Below the pieces are notes generated by a model, which did no database searches, was not told where the DNA came from, and saw only the letters and a list, made by a program, of their open reading frames with translations. Below, one piece after another: positions 1 to 8,818 of a stretch of 64,000 bases of DNA (position 1 is the first letter of the stretch; each line of letters starts with the position of its first letter). Location of the stretch: the NCBI GenBank assembly GCA_963717935.1, contig CAVQXP010000002.1:1-64000 (forward strand), read 5' to 3'. Position numbers and translations under genes: made by a program. This DNA is from Candidatus Eiseniibacteriota bacterium (GTDB lineage Bacteria; Eisenbacteria; RBG-16-71-46).

Positions 1-611
1 ATGACGAGGCCGAGCAGCTTCATCGTGACTTCGTAGAGCCCCTGGAGTGCGCGCTCGAACGCGCGCGCCGCCTCCGTCTTCGTGAGCGTGAGCCCCACGC
101 CCAGGAAGAGCGCGAAGACCATCACGGCGAGCATGTCGCCCTCGCCCATGGCCTTCACGATGTTCGCGGGCACGAGGCCGACGAAGAAGTCCATGCCGCC
201 GCCGCCGGCGAGCGAGGTCGCGGGCGCCGGCACGGAGGTGGCCTGCGCGGCGAGCCGCGCCTTGAGCGCGGGGGAGAGGCCCTCGCCGGGGCGCAGCGCG
301 TTCACGAGCCCGATGCCGATGAGCACCGCGATCGCCGAGACCGACACGGTGTAGACCAGGGTCTTGAGCCCGATGCGCCCGAGGCTCTTCATATCGCCCA
401 GGCCCGCCACGCCCAGCGCCAGCGCCGAGAGGATGAGCGGGATGACCAGCATGAAGAGCAGGCGCAGGAAGATGCGGCCGGCGGGCTCGGTGACGTACTG
501 GACGAAGCCGGCGAGCCGCGGCGAGTCGCCGGCGAGCAGGTTGGCGGCGACGCCGAGCACGATGCCGAAGAGAAGGCCCGCAAGCATGCGGACCGGAAGG
601 CCGCGGCGCAT
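1..611 (-). CDS. Dicarboxylate/amino acid:cation symporter (DAACS, GltP/DctA-like), 5' part; runs off the left edge
   Basis: Manual translation from ATG at 611: MRRGLPVRMLAGLLFGIVLGVAANLL...PAGRIFLRLLFMLVIPLILSALALGVAGLGDMKSLGRIGLKTLVY...LVNALRPGEGL, a typical DAACS N-terminus. Absent from the ORF track because it has no stop in the window. Confidence 0.9.
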   Translation of the reverse strand, partial: MRRGLPVRMLAGLLFGIVLGVAANLLAGDSPRLAGFVQYVTEPAGRIFLRLLFMLVIPLILSALALGVAGLGDMKSLGRIGLKTLVYTVSVSAIAVLIGIGLVNALRPGEGLSPALKARLAAQATSVPAPATSLAGGGGMDFFVGLVPANIVKAMGEGDMLAVMVFALFLGVGLTLTKTEAARAFERALQGLYEVTMKLLGLV

Positions 612-714
612 GGGGCGGCAGTATGGGAGAGGGGGTGGGGCGGCGCAAACGGCGAGACGGCGCGTGTGGGCCGCGGCAAAGCGGGGATCGAGACGCCCGC
701 TCGGGGCGCGCGAC

Positions 715-752
715 GGCCCGTCAGTTCAATCGGTAGAGCACCTGCCTTTTAA
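715..752 (+). tRNA. tRNA-Lys(UUU) 5' half only (truncated pseudo-tRNA, probable att remnant)
   Basis: GGCCCGT-CA-GTTC-AATCGGTA-GAGC-A-CCTGC-CTTTTAA gives acceptor 5' strand, D arm, anticodon 5' stem and loop with TTT at 748-750. The expected GCAGG 3' stem is replaced by CTCGA, and position 8 is C instead of U. Confidence 0.8.
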
Positions 753-801
753 CTCGACCACGCTAACCGCCGCCCGAGCCGAGAACTCGTTGGAACGCAA
801 G

Positions 802-830
802 CGCCCCCGTGGGTTACCCCCGCGGGGGCG
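802..830. terminator. 12-bp GC hairpin just inside the putative island end
   Basis: CGCCCCCGTGGG-TTACC-CCCGCGGGGGCG, with one G-U pair; weak U-tail. Confidence 0.45.
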
Positions 831-883
831 TTCCCGCTCTGAGGCCCCGAGAGGCCCGGAATTGACCCCAGAGGACATCGAGA

Positions 884-903
884 GTCACCCGAATCGTCAC
901 CCG
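884..903. repeat. Tandem GTCACCCG direct repeat, possible integrase arm-binding sites
   Basis: GTCACCCG at 884-891 and 896-903, about 130-150 bp from the tRNA breakpoint. Confidence 0.4.
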
Positions 904-1043
904 CGAAGGCTCCCTGCCTGCAGGCCAGGTTGCCCGAGAGGCATCGCGTGCCCGCATGGGACAGAGAAGTACCTCACTTGCCGGGTTTCGGTTGGTGCTA
1001 GATTCGGATTCGCTCTGACCAGAAGCCCACCCGGAGGCCGCCC

Positions 1044-1943
1044 ATGAAGCGCTACCTTCCCGCCGCCCTACTGCTGCTCCTGGTTCCATGTTGTTCCCCG
1101 TCCGACGACCGCGCAGTCCTCAAGGAGACGTACTACTTCGCAAGGACCCTTGGATCGGACACGACCTCCTTCGCTGATTTCGAGAAGGAGATGAAGAGTG
1201 ACACGGCGGCTTGGGCGGGGGCCCGCAGAACCTGGAAGGGCACAAGGGTTGCCCTTAGTGCCACTCTCGGTGAACTGGGCTACGGCACCGGCCCATTCCG
1301 GTGGCAATACGGCACCAGGGAGAAGGCCGCCCTCTCACAGTTCCAGCGAGACCTGGGCATTCAAGCAACCGGCCAACTGGACAGCCTCACGGTGGCGAAT
1401 CTCGCCAGGGCCGGGAACGCCTTGAGAATCAATGACGTCGTACTGCCCGACCTACTGGTGAATCAAATCGACTACATGATCTTCGCCAGGGGTACTTGGA
1501 AGGCCATTTCAAACAAGCTCGGCTATCCAGTCAACACTGTCGATATTGAGTGTGACGCCGTGCGGCGCGTGTGCAATGTGGTGCGAGTCGACTTCATCTC
1601 GGAGGACTTGACGCAGATAGCCGTCCATCGGAACGACTTCGCAATCGTGCAGTGGAGTGATGGCATCGTGGTCGCGCGGTCGGGCGACAACCAGAATGGT
1701 GCGACTCTTACGATCAATCTCCCGGCCAAGGAGGTCCTTTGCACGCAAGTGAACTCGGCCGTCGAGTTCGGCGGGCACAGAGTGATGGGACCTTCTACGA
1801 TGACGATGCGCCTTGTTGACGGCAGCAAGCTGAGCGCGCCTTTCGATGGTGGTCCGGACCTGAAGGATGTTCACGAGGCCCTCTTTGGGAACAAGGAGCG
1901 CTTCCTCGCGCTTCGACGGAAGAACATGCTCCTCAAGGACTGA
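1044..1943 (+). CDS. Putative lipoprotein with peptidoglycan-binding domain plus an uncharacterised C-terminal beta domain
   Basis: GGAGG RBS; signal MKRYLPAALLLLLVPCC; PG_binding_1-like LGELGYGTGP...ALSQFQRDLGIQATGQLDSLTVANL; less GC-biased codon usage than the host genes. Confidence 0.75.
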   Translation: MKRYLPAALLLLLVPCCSPSDDRAVLKETYYFARTLGSDTTSFADFEKEMKSDTAAWAGARRTWKGTRVALSATLGELGYGTGPFRWQYGTREKAALSQFQRDLGIQATGQLDSLTVANLARAGNALRINDVVLPDLLVNQIDYMIFARGTWKAISNKLGYPVNTVDIECDAVRRVCNVVRVDFISEDLTQIAVHRNDFAIVQWSDGIVVARSGDNQNGATLTINLPAKEVLCTQVNSAVEFGGHRVMGPSTMTMRLVDGSKLSAPFDGGPDLKDVHEALFGNKERFLALRRKNMLLKD

Positions 1944-2012
1944 GAGACAGTCCCCCGAACTCGCCAGGGAGCCATGCGAGACGGATAGGACCTCTGGCCG
2001 CGGGAGGCTATC

Positions 2013-2552
2013 TTGAAACCAGAGCGTTCCACATGCTGGCTGGGACTTGCGTGCATGGTGTTGGCAACGATCGTTGCTTTCGAGGGGTGTTCGAGGGCTC
2101 CCGGCGCTGACTCGGGGAGGGCCTGGCCTCCGGGAAGCAGGGGGCCCGTAACCGTTGCCCTGCCGTCCAAGATCTTCACGCAACTCGCGGACGGTCGTAT
2201 CCGAATCACGGGGCATTGGGTTCTCACGACCTCTGAGCCGCCCCTGTCGCGTGGGGAAATGCCGTTCGCCGCGCAGGTCCTCAATTCCTCGATCATCACG
2301 TGTTCGCGGTCGGCCGGGACGTGTGTTGAGTGTCGCGCGCAGATCACCGGTGGTCATCTCTTCCCGCTTGACCCCCTCGATTCAAAGGTCCTGACGTGGG
2401 ATGCCGACCGAATCGTGGCAACGTGGTCTGCTCCAGCCCAGGTCGAATGCCTTCTGCGGGTTGATTTGGCGAGTCAAGAAGTGGAGATGGAGTATCGGCG
2501 GCAGCCCACTCCGGGGCGAAGGCGGGTGTTCGAGCGTTGGGTGCTCGAATGA
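2013..2552 (+). CDS. Putative lipoprotein, distant paralogue of the C-terminal domain of the upstream gene
   Basis: TTG start after GGAGG; hydrophobic signal ending AFEGC; shares the GxW / NxxxIxCx5C / WxxxxxVA / LxxxLxxxEV pattern with 1044-1943. Confidence 0.65.
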   Translation: MKPERSTCWLGLACMVLATIVAFEGCSRAPGADSGRAWPPGSRGPVTVALPSKIFTQLADGRIRITGHWVLTTSEPPLSRGEMPFAAQVLNSSIITCSRSAGTCVECRAQITGGHLFPLDPLDSKVLTWDADRIVATWSAPAQVECLLRVDLASQEVEMEYRRQPTPGRRRVFERWVLE

Positions 2553-2714
2553 GGTCGTGCCGGAGGGTGTTCAGGAAGGCCCTGCAACCGCAGGCGCAGA
2601 AGTCCTTCGGCCACAATCGGCGCTGACGTAGCTGAATTCTGTTCCGAATGGACCTGGTTTTCGGACGCTGATCGCACTGGCACGCGCGGACGCAGCTCGC
2701 AGCTAATACCCGGA

Positions 2715-3212
2715 TTAGTCGACGCGATCGCCGGGGCCCCACAGGGACTCGAATTCGCTCTTCGTCTCTTCCAGCGCTGCGACCAGAACGGGATGTCCCG
2801 ATGCCGGCAGTCGTCCTGTGTCGGCAAGGAAGCTGTGGACATTCATGTCTCGGTGGATGGATTCCTGTCTGTCCTGCAGCACTTGGGTCCACGTGAGGTT
2901 CTCGTGACGCAGTGACGCCAATTCCTCAAGGTCCCTCAGGTCCACCAAGATGATGTCTCTCGCGAACTCGGCGTGCATTCCTCCATTCCGCATGATGTCG
3001 CGGTACCAGTCCATCAGCGCTGGCCACACAGGCAGGAATCGAAGCGTGGCGACAATTGGGACCAGGCGCAGCTCTGGGCTAGCTGCGCATCTCTCCAGAT
3101 GGAGTCGCCCGTCGCGAAAGGCATCTAACGCCCGAGCCAACTGTGGGAGCTTCTTCGACGTGCCTTCCCCCTCTCCAAACCAGACACGCTTCAGCCCCTC
3201 CGCCAGTGCGTC
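2715..3212 (-). pseudogene. C-terminal fragment of a hypothetical gene whose 5' part is cut by the IS3 end
   Basis: Protein-like frame DALAEGLKRVWFG...RLVPIVATLRFLP... begins exactly at the IS left end; the ORF-track start (3263) lies inside the IS. Confidence 0.6.
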
Positions 3213-3274
3213 CGTAAGCTTCCCCTCCAGGTAGACAGCCGCTGCTAGACTCTCCCGGGTCACGGGGAGGGCGC

Positions 3275-3541
3275 ATGAAGAAGGCGCGGTTCACGGAGTC
3301 GCAGATCGTGGCGATTCTGAAGGAGGGCGAGGCCGGCCTGACGGTGGCCGAGATCGCCCGCAAGCACGGGATCAGCAAGAACACGTACTTCAACTGGAAG
3401 TCACGCTACGGCGGAGCGACGGTGTCGGATCTGAGGCGGCTGAAGGAGCTCGAGGCCGAGAACGCCAAGCTGAAGCGGATGTACAGCGAGCTGGCGCTCG
3501 AGAACGCGGCGATCAAGGACCTGCTTCACCGAAAACCGTAA
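3275..3541 (+). CDS. IS3 transposase OrfA (HTH)
   Basis: MKKARFTESQIVAILKEGEAGLTVAEIARKHGISKNTYFNWKSRYGG plus leucine zipper LKELEAENAKLKRM. Confidence 0.95.
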   Translation: MKKARFTESQIVAILKEGEAGLTVAEIARKHGISKNTYFNWKSRYGGATVSDLRRLKELEAENAKLKRMYSELALENAAIKDLLHRKP

Positions 3542-3567
3542 CGCCGTCCGCGAAGCGAGAGGCCGCG

Positions 3568-4395
3568 ATGTTCCTGGTGGCAGAGCACAAGCTCTCGGTG
3601 CTGCGAGCTTGCGCCATCGTGCGGTTCTCGAGGGCGGCGTACTACCGGACGCCACGCGCTCCGCTCGAAGCCGATGCCGAGGTGATCACGGCACTCCAAG
3701 CCATGGTCGAGAAGCATCCGCGTCACGGCTTCTGGAAGTGCTACCGGCGCATGCGGCGTCAGGGGCATGCATGGAACCACAAGCGTGTGCACCGCGTGTA
3801 CTGCGCGCTCAAGCTGAACCTGCCACGCCGCACGAAACGGCGGCTGCCGACCCGGCTGCGCCAGCCGCTGGATGCGCCGGCGACGCTGAACACGGTGTGG
3901 GCGCTCGACTTCATGTCGGATGCGCTGTACGGCGGTCGGAAGTTCCGCACGCTGAACATCATCGACGAGGGCAACCGCGAGGGGTTGGTGATCGACGTCG
4001 CGTTCTCGATCCCGAGCATGCGAGTCATCCGTGTGCTCGACCAACTGGTCGCGACCTACGGCCGGCCGGGAGCACTTCGAATGGATAACGGCCCGGAACT
4101 GATCTCGGAGGCGCTGGCAGAATGGTGCGGGCAGCGCGGCATCACGATGCACCACATCCAGCCGGGCAAGCCGGACCAGAACGCCTACATCGAGCGGTTC
4201 AACCGCAGCTACCGCGAAGACGTGCTCGATGCCTACCTGTTCGGATCGATCGAAGAGGTCCAGTCGATCAGCGATGACTGGCTGGAGGACTACAACACCG
4301 AGCGGCCCCACGACAGCCTCGGCCAGGTGCCGCCACGGACGTTCTTGCCGAGGCGAAATCCACCCCGGGAGTCCAGCTTCGAACTGTCTACTTGA
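3568..4395 (+). CDS. IS3 transposase OrfB (rve/DDE integrase core), probably expressed as OrfAB by -1 frameshift near CGA-AAA-C (~3530)
   Basis: WALDFMSD, RMDNGPE, PGKPDQNAYIERFN, YNTERPHDSLG motifs; frame is -1 relative to orfA. Confidence 0.93.
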   Translation: MFLVAEHKLSVLRACAIVRFSRAAYYRTPRAPLEADAEVITALQAMVEKHPRHGFWKCYRRMRRQGHAWNHKRVHRVYCALKLNLPRRTKRRLPTRLRQPLDAPATLNTVWALDFMSDALYGGRKFRTLNIIDEGNREGLVIDVAFSIPSMRVIRVLDQLVATYGRPGALRMDNGPELISEALAEWCGQRGITMHHIQPGKPDQNAYIERFNRSYREDVLDAYLFGSIEEVQSISDDWLEDYNTERPHDSLGQVPPRTFLPRRNPPRESSFELST

Positions 4396-4409
4396 CGGGG
4401 AAGCTTACG

Positions 4410-4596
4410 GCTCCACGTAGTCAGGCGGATTCCTAGCCCACACGTGACTCAGGGGCAGCGTGGCTGCGAGGTGAACCCCGGAGACCTCTCGCCTGGCGCG
4501 AACGAGCTCAAGGCAGCAGTGCTTAAGCTTTGCATCGTAGCCGCACCTGCAGGGGTCGTTTCGCCCGATTGGTCTTCCGTCTGTGGGCCAGCGCAT
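4410..4596 (-). pseudogene. N-terminal fragment of a SEC-C motif protein, truncated by the IS3
   Basis: IGRNDPCRCGYDAKLKHCC is a degenerate SEC-C zinc motif; the frame runs into the IS right end. Confidence 0.6.
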
Positions 4597-4749
4597 GGGA
4601 CGGAGGATGTCATATCGCGCTAGGCTGGTTCAAAATGGGGCCCTTTCCGTACGCCAATGGCCGTGCAGTGCGACTGCCGCGCCAGAAGGAGTTGCAGAGG
4701 CATCGACGGCCACCCTTTTGGGACGGATGACGGTCTCGGTCTTGTGGCC

Positions 4750-5053
4750 CGTCGCCCCCCGCACCCAACCCTGGATCGCCGCCTCGTCGCGTTCGCGTGC
4801 CTGGCGCTCAGGTTTCTGGGGCGTGGACCCAAGACCTCGCAGGCGTCGGCCGACATGCGCGGGGTGATGGCGCGCCTTGAGCCGGCGGCGGGCGACCTCC
4901 GCGACCCGTGGACGGGTCCACAGTCCGACGGACCGAGCGGAGATTGATCCCGAGTTTGCGCGCCACTTCGACCGGCGCGGATCCCTCACGCAGCAACTTC
5001 CACGCTCGCAGCCGAAGCTGTTCCAGAGGCTCCGGGCTTCCGTGCGGACCAGG
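4750..5053 (-). pseudogene. Degraded IS630-family transposase (winged HTH part)
   Basis: Fragments in two frames: PHGSPEPLEQLRLRAWKLLREGSAPVEVARKLGINLRSVRR and HVGRRLRGLGSTPQKPERQARERDEAAIQGWVR, both typical of IS630 N-terminal regions. No start codon and no DDE part. Confidence 0.75.
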
Positions 5054-5140
5054 CAGTCGCTCAGCGCATTCGAGGCCTCCGCTACCTCGCGAACTTCGCC
5101 TTGAGTTGGCCGATGGAGATGGACTGCGCAGGATCCCGGT

Positions 5141-6877
5141 CTAGTCGAGCCTGCCGGACTTCTGCAGCGCCAGGTTCAGGTTGCGCTCGGCGGCGGCGTA
5201 GTGCGGATCGATCTCGAGAGCGCGGCGCAGTTGCTGGATTGCCTCCTCGAAGCGACCCGTCTGGGCAAGGACAATGCCGAGATTGTTGTGGGCCTCGACG
5301 TAGTCGTGCTTCAGCCGGATCGCCTCGCGATAGTGCGAAATGGCCTCCTCGAACTCGCCGTGGGCCGCCAGGGCAACGCCGAGATTGTTGTGGGCCTCGG
5401 CGTAGTCGTGCTTGAGCCGGATTGCCTCGCGATAGTGGGAAATGGCCTCATCGAACTGGCCCTGGGCCGTCAGGGTAGTGCCGAGATTGTTGTGGGCCTC
5501 GACGTAGTCGTGCTTCAGCCGGATTGCCTCGCGATAGTGAGAAATGGCCTCATCGAGCTTGCCCCGGGCGGCAAGGACGATGCCGAGATTGTTGTAGGCG
5601 ACCTCGATCCGGTGCGGGAACTTCTGGATGGTGTCCGTCCACAGCGTCTCGGAGTTCTTCCACACGCCGCAGCGCGTCCAAGTCTGGTAGAGCGACAAGG
5701 GGAGCATCGCGATCAACACCGCGCCGATCACCAGGCGCGCGGGCCTCCCGGCCTGCCCGGGCCGAGGGCGCTCGTCGAGCCACCAGGTCAGGCCCAGCAG
5801 CAGCCCGATGTAGGGCACGTAGGTGTAGCGATCCGCCATCACCGCCTTGCCGACCGTGAAGAACTGGAGCACCAGCAGGATATTGATGAAGAAGAACGCC
5901 CAGCCGAACAGCACCGGGCGCAGGCGCCGGTAGACGAACAGCAGCGCCGGGAGGGCGACCAGCATGACCACCAGCGCCCCATAGAATTCCGGGCCGATGC
6001 CGCTGCCCTTGTCGGGGTAGGGATAGACGGCGGACAGGCCGACGGGAACGAACAGCTTGAGCACGTACATGAGACTGCCGTACGAGGCGAACAACAGCTT
6101 CTCGAAGAGGCTCCAGGTGCCGACCGGGGCGACGGCTCCAACCGCCTGCTGGGCCTTGAGGGTGAGCCATCCGGCGGCGATGGACAGCGCCAGAAAGGGC
6201 AACTTCTCCAGGACCAGCCGGATGCGGTCGGTGCGCCGGAAGAAGTAGTCGAGCGCGAGCAGCGTGAGCGGGAACACCACCGCGGCCGGCTTGGACGCCA
6301 GGGACAAGACGAAGGCCGCGAGGCAGACCGCGAACCAGGCCCAGCGCCGGCGTTCCAGGTAGCGCAGGTAGGCGATCAGGCCGAGGAGATAGAAGAGCGT
6401 GTAGAGCACGTCCTTGCGCTCGGCGATCCAGGCGACAGATTCGACGTGCATCGGGTGGATGCCGAAGAACAGGCTGGTGGCGGTCGCGGTCCAGAACCGC
6501 CGCCGGGAGAGCATCCAGACGAACGCGAAGACGAGCCCGGTGTTCGCGAGGTGGAGCAGCAGGTTGAGCCAGTGATAGGAGGCTGGCTGGTAGCCCGAGA
6601 TCCGGTAGTTGAGCGCCAGGGACAGCACGGTGAGCGGATGGTAGTTGCCGCCGAGGGGCGTCATCAGCACGTCGACAGCGTGGGGACGAGCGACGAGTGG
6701 GTTCTCGGTTACGTAGACATCATCGTCCCAGTTGGTGAAACCGTTGCCGAGGCTCGGGAGGTAGACGATGAACGTGAGCACCAGGATGCCGATCACCGCG
6801 AGACTCGGGATGTGGCGGTTCGCGGGGGGGGCGCCCCGCGGCTTGGCGCGGGCGGGCTCGACTCGCTTCTTGGTCAT
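5141..6877 (-). CDS. TMTC-like membrane glycosyltransferase (GT-C fold) with C-terminal TPR repeats
   Basis: NGFTNWDD..YVTEN, YHPLT, HPMHVESVAWIAERKD, ADRYTY, WKNSETLW motifs, followed by EAHNNLG TPR repeats. Confidence 0.88.
   Translation of the reverse strand: MTKKRVEPARAKPRGAPPANRHIPSLAVIGILVLTFIVYLPSLGNGFTNWDDDVYVTENPLVARPHAVDVLMTPLGGNYHPLTVLSLALNYRISGYQPASYHWLNLLLHLANTGLVFAFVWMLSRRRFWTATATSLFFGIHPMHVESVAWIAERKDVLYTLFYLLGLIAYLRYLERRRWAWFAVCLAAFVLSLASKPAAVVFPLTLLALDYFFRRTDRIRLVLEKLPFLALSIAAGWLTLKAQQAVGAVAPVGTWSLFEKLLFASYGSLMYVLKLFVPVGLSAVYPYPDKGSGIGPEFYGALVVMLVALPALLFVYRRLRPVLFGWAFFFINILLVLQFFTVGKAVMADRYTYVPYIGLLLGLTWWLDERPRPGQAGRPARLVIGAVLIAMLPLSLYQTWTRCGVWKNSETLWTDTIQKFPHRIEVAYNNLGIVLAARGKLDEAISHYREAIRLKHDYVEAHNNLGTTLTAQGQFDEAISHYREAIRLKHDYAEAHNNLGVALAAHGEFEEAISHYREAIRLKHDYVEAHNNLGIVLAQTGRFEEAIQQLRRALEIDPHYAAAERNLNLALQKSGRLD
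5270..5595 (-). repeat. Three near-identical 102-bp TPR-coding tandem repeats
   Basis: GCCGAGATTGTTG recurs at 102-bp spacing; the protein repeat EAISHYREAIRLKHDY(V/A)EAHNNLG occurs three times. Confidence 0.85.
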
Positions 6878-7152
6878 CGTGAGGGTCTCGAGTGCGATGG
6901 TGCGGGCCGGGCTGGGGCTCGTGCGCGAGTGGAAGACCCGGCCTTGCTCATGTACGGCCTCCTGGCCCGAGCGGGCGGGCGCTCGGGGCTCCGAGGCGTG
7001 CGACTGCCCCCCGCGGGGGCGTGCGACATGACCGACGACATGGTCGAATCAGCCCCGGCCGATCTGGCCGAGCCAGTTGCCAGAGTGTAGTCGCGGAACG
7101 CTCACCCACCTAGCGCGCGATGCGCTGTACCTGGTCTTCGGAGTCGGAGAGC

Positions 7153-8382
7153 TCAGTGATCCTCCGCCTCCTCGATCAGATGCAGCAGCACCTGCCCGCC
7201 CTCGGGGATGCTCGCGACGTCGCCGGGGATGAGTGCGAGCGCGTTGGCGCGGGCCATCGAGGAGAGCACGCCCGAGCCCTGCGGCCCCGAGAGCCGCGCG
7301 TGCAACCCGCCACCCTCCTCGCGCACGAAGACCCGCAGGAAGTGCAGCCGGTCGTCCCCGGCCCGCCGCGTCCACGGCGTCTCGAGCGTGCCGCGCCGCT
7401 CCGGGCGGAACAGGCGCGCAAGGCCCATCATGCGGCGCAGCAGCGGGCGGACGTACTCCTCCATCACGAGCATCGCGGCGACGGGATTGCCGGGGACGCC
7501 GAACACGGGCTTGCCGCCGAGCCGCCAGAGCCCGAGCGGCCCGGCGGGCTTCTGGGCGACGCGCCAGAAGACGCGCTCCGCGCCCAGTTCGTCGAGCACG
7601 TCCTTCACGCAGTCGTACTCGCCCATCGAGACGCCGCCGGTGGTCACGATCGCGTCCGCGGCGGCGGTCGCCTCGCGGAGCGCGCGCGCGACCTCTTCGC
7701 GGCGGTCGGACACGCGCGGGAACGGCACGGGCAGCGCGCCGAAGGCCACGGCCTGCGCGCGCACGGCGTGCAGGTTGGCGTCGCGGATGCGCCCCGGCCC
7801 GGGTGGCTCGGCCACGTCCACGAGTTCGTCCCCGGTGGTGATGATCGCGAGCCGCGGCCGCGGATGGACGGAGACCGTGGCGCAACCGGCCACGGCCAGC
7901 AGGCCGACGTCCGCGGGCCGCAGGACGTCGCCCCGCGCGATCACGCGGGCGCCGGTCGCCAGGTCCTCGCCCGCGAGGCGCACGTTCGCGCCTTCGCGCA
8001 CGGGCCGGCGGACCTCGACGGTGTCTCCGGCCGACTCCGTGCTCTCGACCGGGACCACGGCGTCCGCGCCCGCGGGTAGCGGCGCGCCGGTCATGATCCG
8101 CAGCGCCGTGCCGGGCTCGACCGCGCGCGCCGCGACGTGGCCCGCGGGCACGTCTTCCAGCACGCGCAGGCGCGCGGGCGTCTGCGCGGTCGCACCCGCC
8201 ACGTCCGCGGCGCGCACGGCGAAGCCGTCCATGCCGGAGTTGTCGAACGGCGGCGCGGGGTCGGCGGCGAGCACGTCCGCGGCGGCGACCAGTCCGAGCG
8301 CCTCGTCGAGCGGCACGCGCCGGGCGGGACTCGTCACGGCCGAGTCCAGCACGCGCTGCAGCGCCTCGCGGTGGGTGAGCAT
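7153..8382 (-). CDS. moeA: Molybdopterin/tungstopterin metal-insertase MoeA
   Basis: PPFDNSGMDGFAVR, RIMTGAPLPAGADAVVPVE, TGDELV, TTGGVSMGEYD, PGNPVA, QGSGVLSSM. Confidence 0.95.
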   Translation of the reverse strand: MLTHREALQRVLDSAVTSPARRVPLDEALGLVAAADVLAADPAPPFDNSGMDGFAVRAADVAGATAQTPARLRVLEDVPAGHVAARAVEPGTALRIMTGAPLPAGADAVVPVESTESAGDTVEVRRPVREGANVRLAGEDLATGARVIARGDVLRPADVGLLAVAGCATVSVHPRPRLAIITTGDELVDVAEPPGPGRIRDANLHAVRAQAVAFGALPVPFPRVSDRREEVARALREATAAADAIVTTGGVSMGEYDCVKDVLDELGAERVFWRVAQKPAGPLGLWRLGGKPVFGVPGNPVAAMLVMEEYVRPLLRRMMGLARLFRPERRGTLETPWTRRAGDDRLHFLRVFVREEGGGLHARLSGPQGSGVLSSMARANALALIPGDVASIPEGGQVLLHLIEEAEDH

Positions 8383-8387
8383 CGTGT

Positions 8388-8816
8388 CTACTCGATCACG
8401 CGGCGGTGGAGGAAGGACCAATGCCGCCAGGTCTTCGGCATGTGCGAGCCGATCGAGGCGACGGCGGTGGCGGCGAGGTAGAACTCGAGCCGCGCCGCGG
8501 GGAACAGCGCCCCCAGTCCGAGCAACGCCAGTTTCAGCAGGACCGCGACGCCGTTGCCCTGGTACAGGTACGCGCCGCTCTTCCAGAGGTCCACGCCCAG
8601 CAGCAGCAGCCCGCTGGCGATCGTGAGCGCGATGGCGGAGGTCAGCGCCGGCTCCGGGACCGAGTAGGCCACGCCGCCGAGCACGAGCCCCATCGCCACG
8701 ACGTGCACCGTGCGCGCGGCCACCTGCACCGCGCGCAACCCGCGGAACGTGCGCGGGGGGCGGGGCGCGAGACGCTCGCGCAGGCTCCCGCGTTCGGCTG
8801 CGGCCCCGGCTGGCAT
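8388..8816 (-). CDS. Small hypothetical membrane protein (about 4 TM)
   Basis: C-terminal part of ORF 8388..11201; hydrophobic helices and SHMPKTWRHWS motif; tightly packed between pruA and moeA. Confidence 0.75.
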   Translation of the reverse strand: MPAGAAAERGSLRERLAPRPPRTFRGLRAVQVAARTVHVVAMGLVLGGVAYSVPEPALTSAIALTIASGLLLLGVDLWKSGAYLYQGNGVAVLLKLALLGLGALFPAARLEFYLAATAVASIGSHMPKTWRHWSFLHRRVIE

Positions 8817-8818
8817 GG

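Larger units (their letters stand above)
3213..4409 (+). mobile_element. IS3-family insertion sequence (IS407-group-like), ~1.2 kb
   Basis: Terminal inverted repeats: left CGTAAGCTTCCCCTCCAGGTAGACAG versus reverse complement of right end CGTAAGCTTCCCCGTCAAGTAGACAG. orfA and orfB are in the -1 arrangement. No target-site duplication seen. Confidence 0.95.

Noticed and set aside
715..1043. Intact tRNA, or group I intron in the anticodon loop
   Set aside because: No T-arm or 3' exon found, and no intron core elements recognised by eye. A covariance-model search would be needed to exclude it fully.
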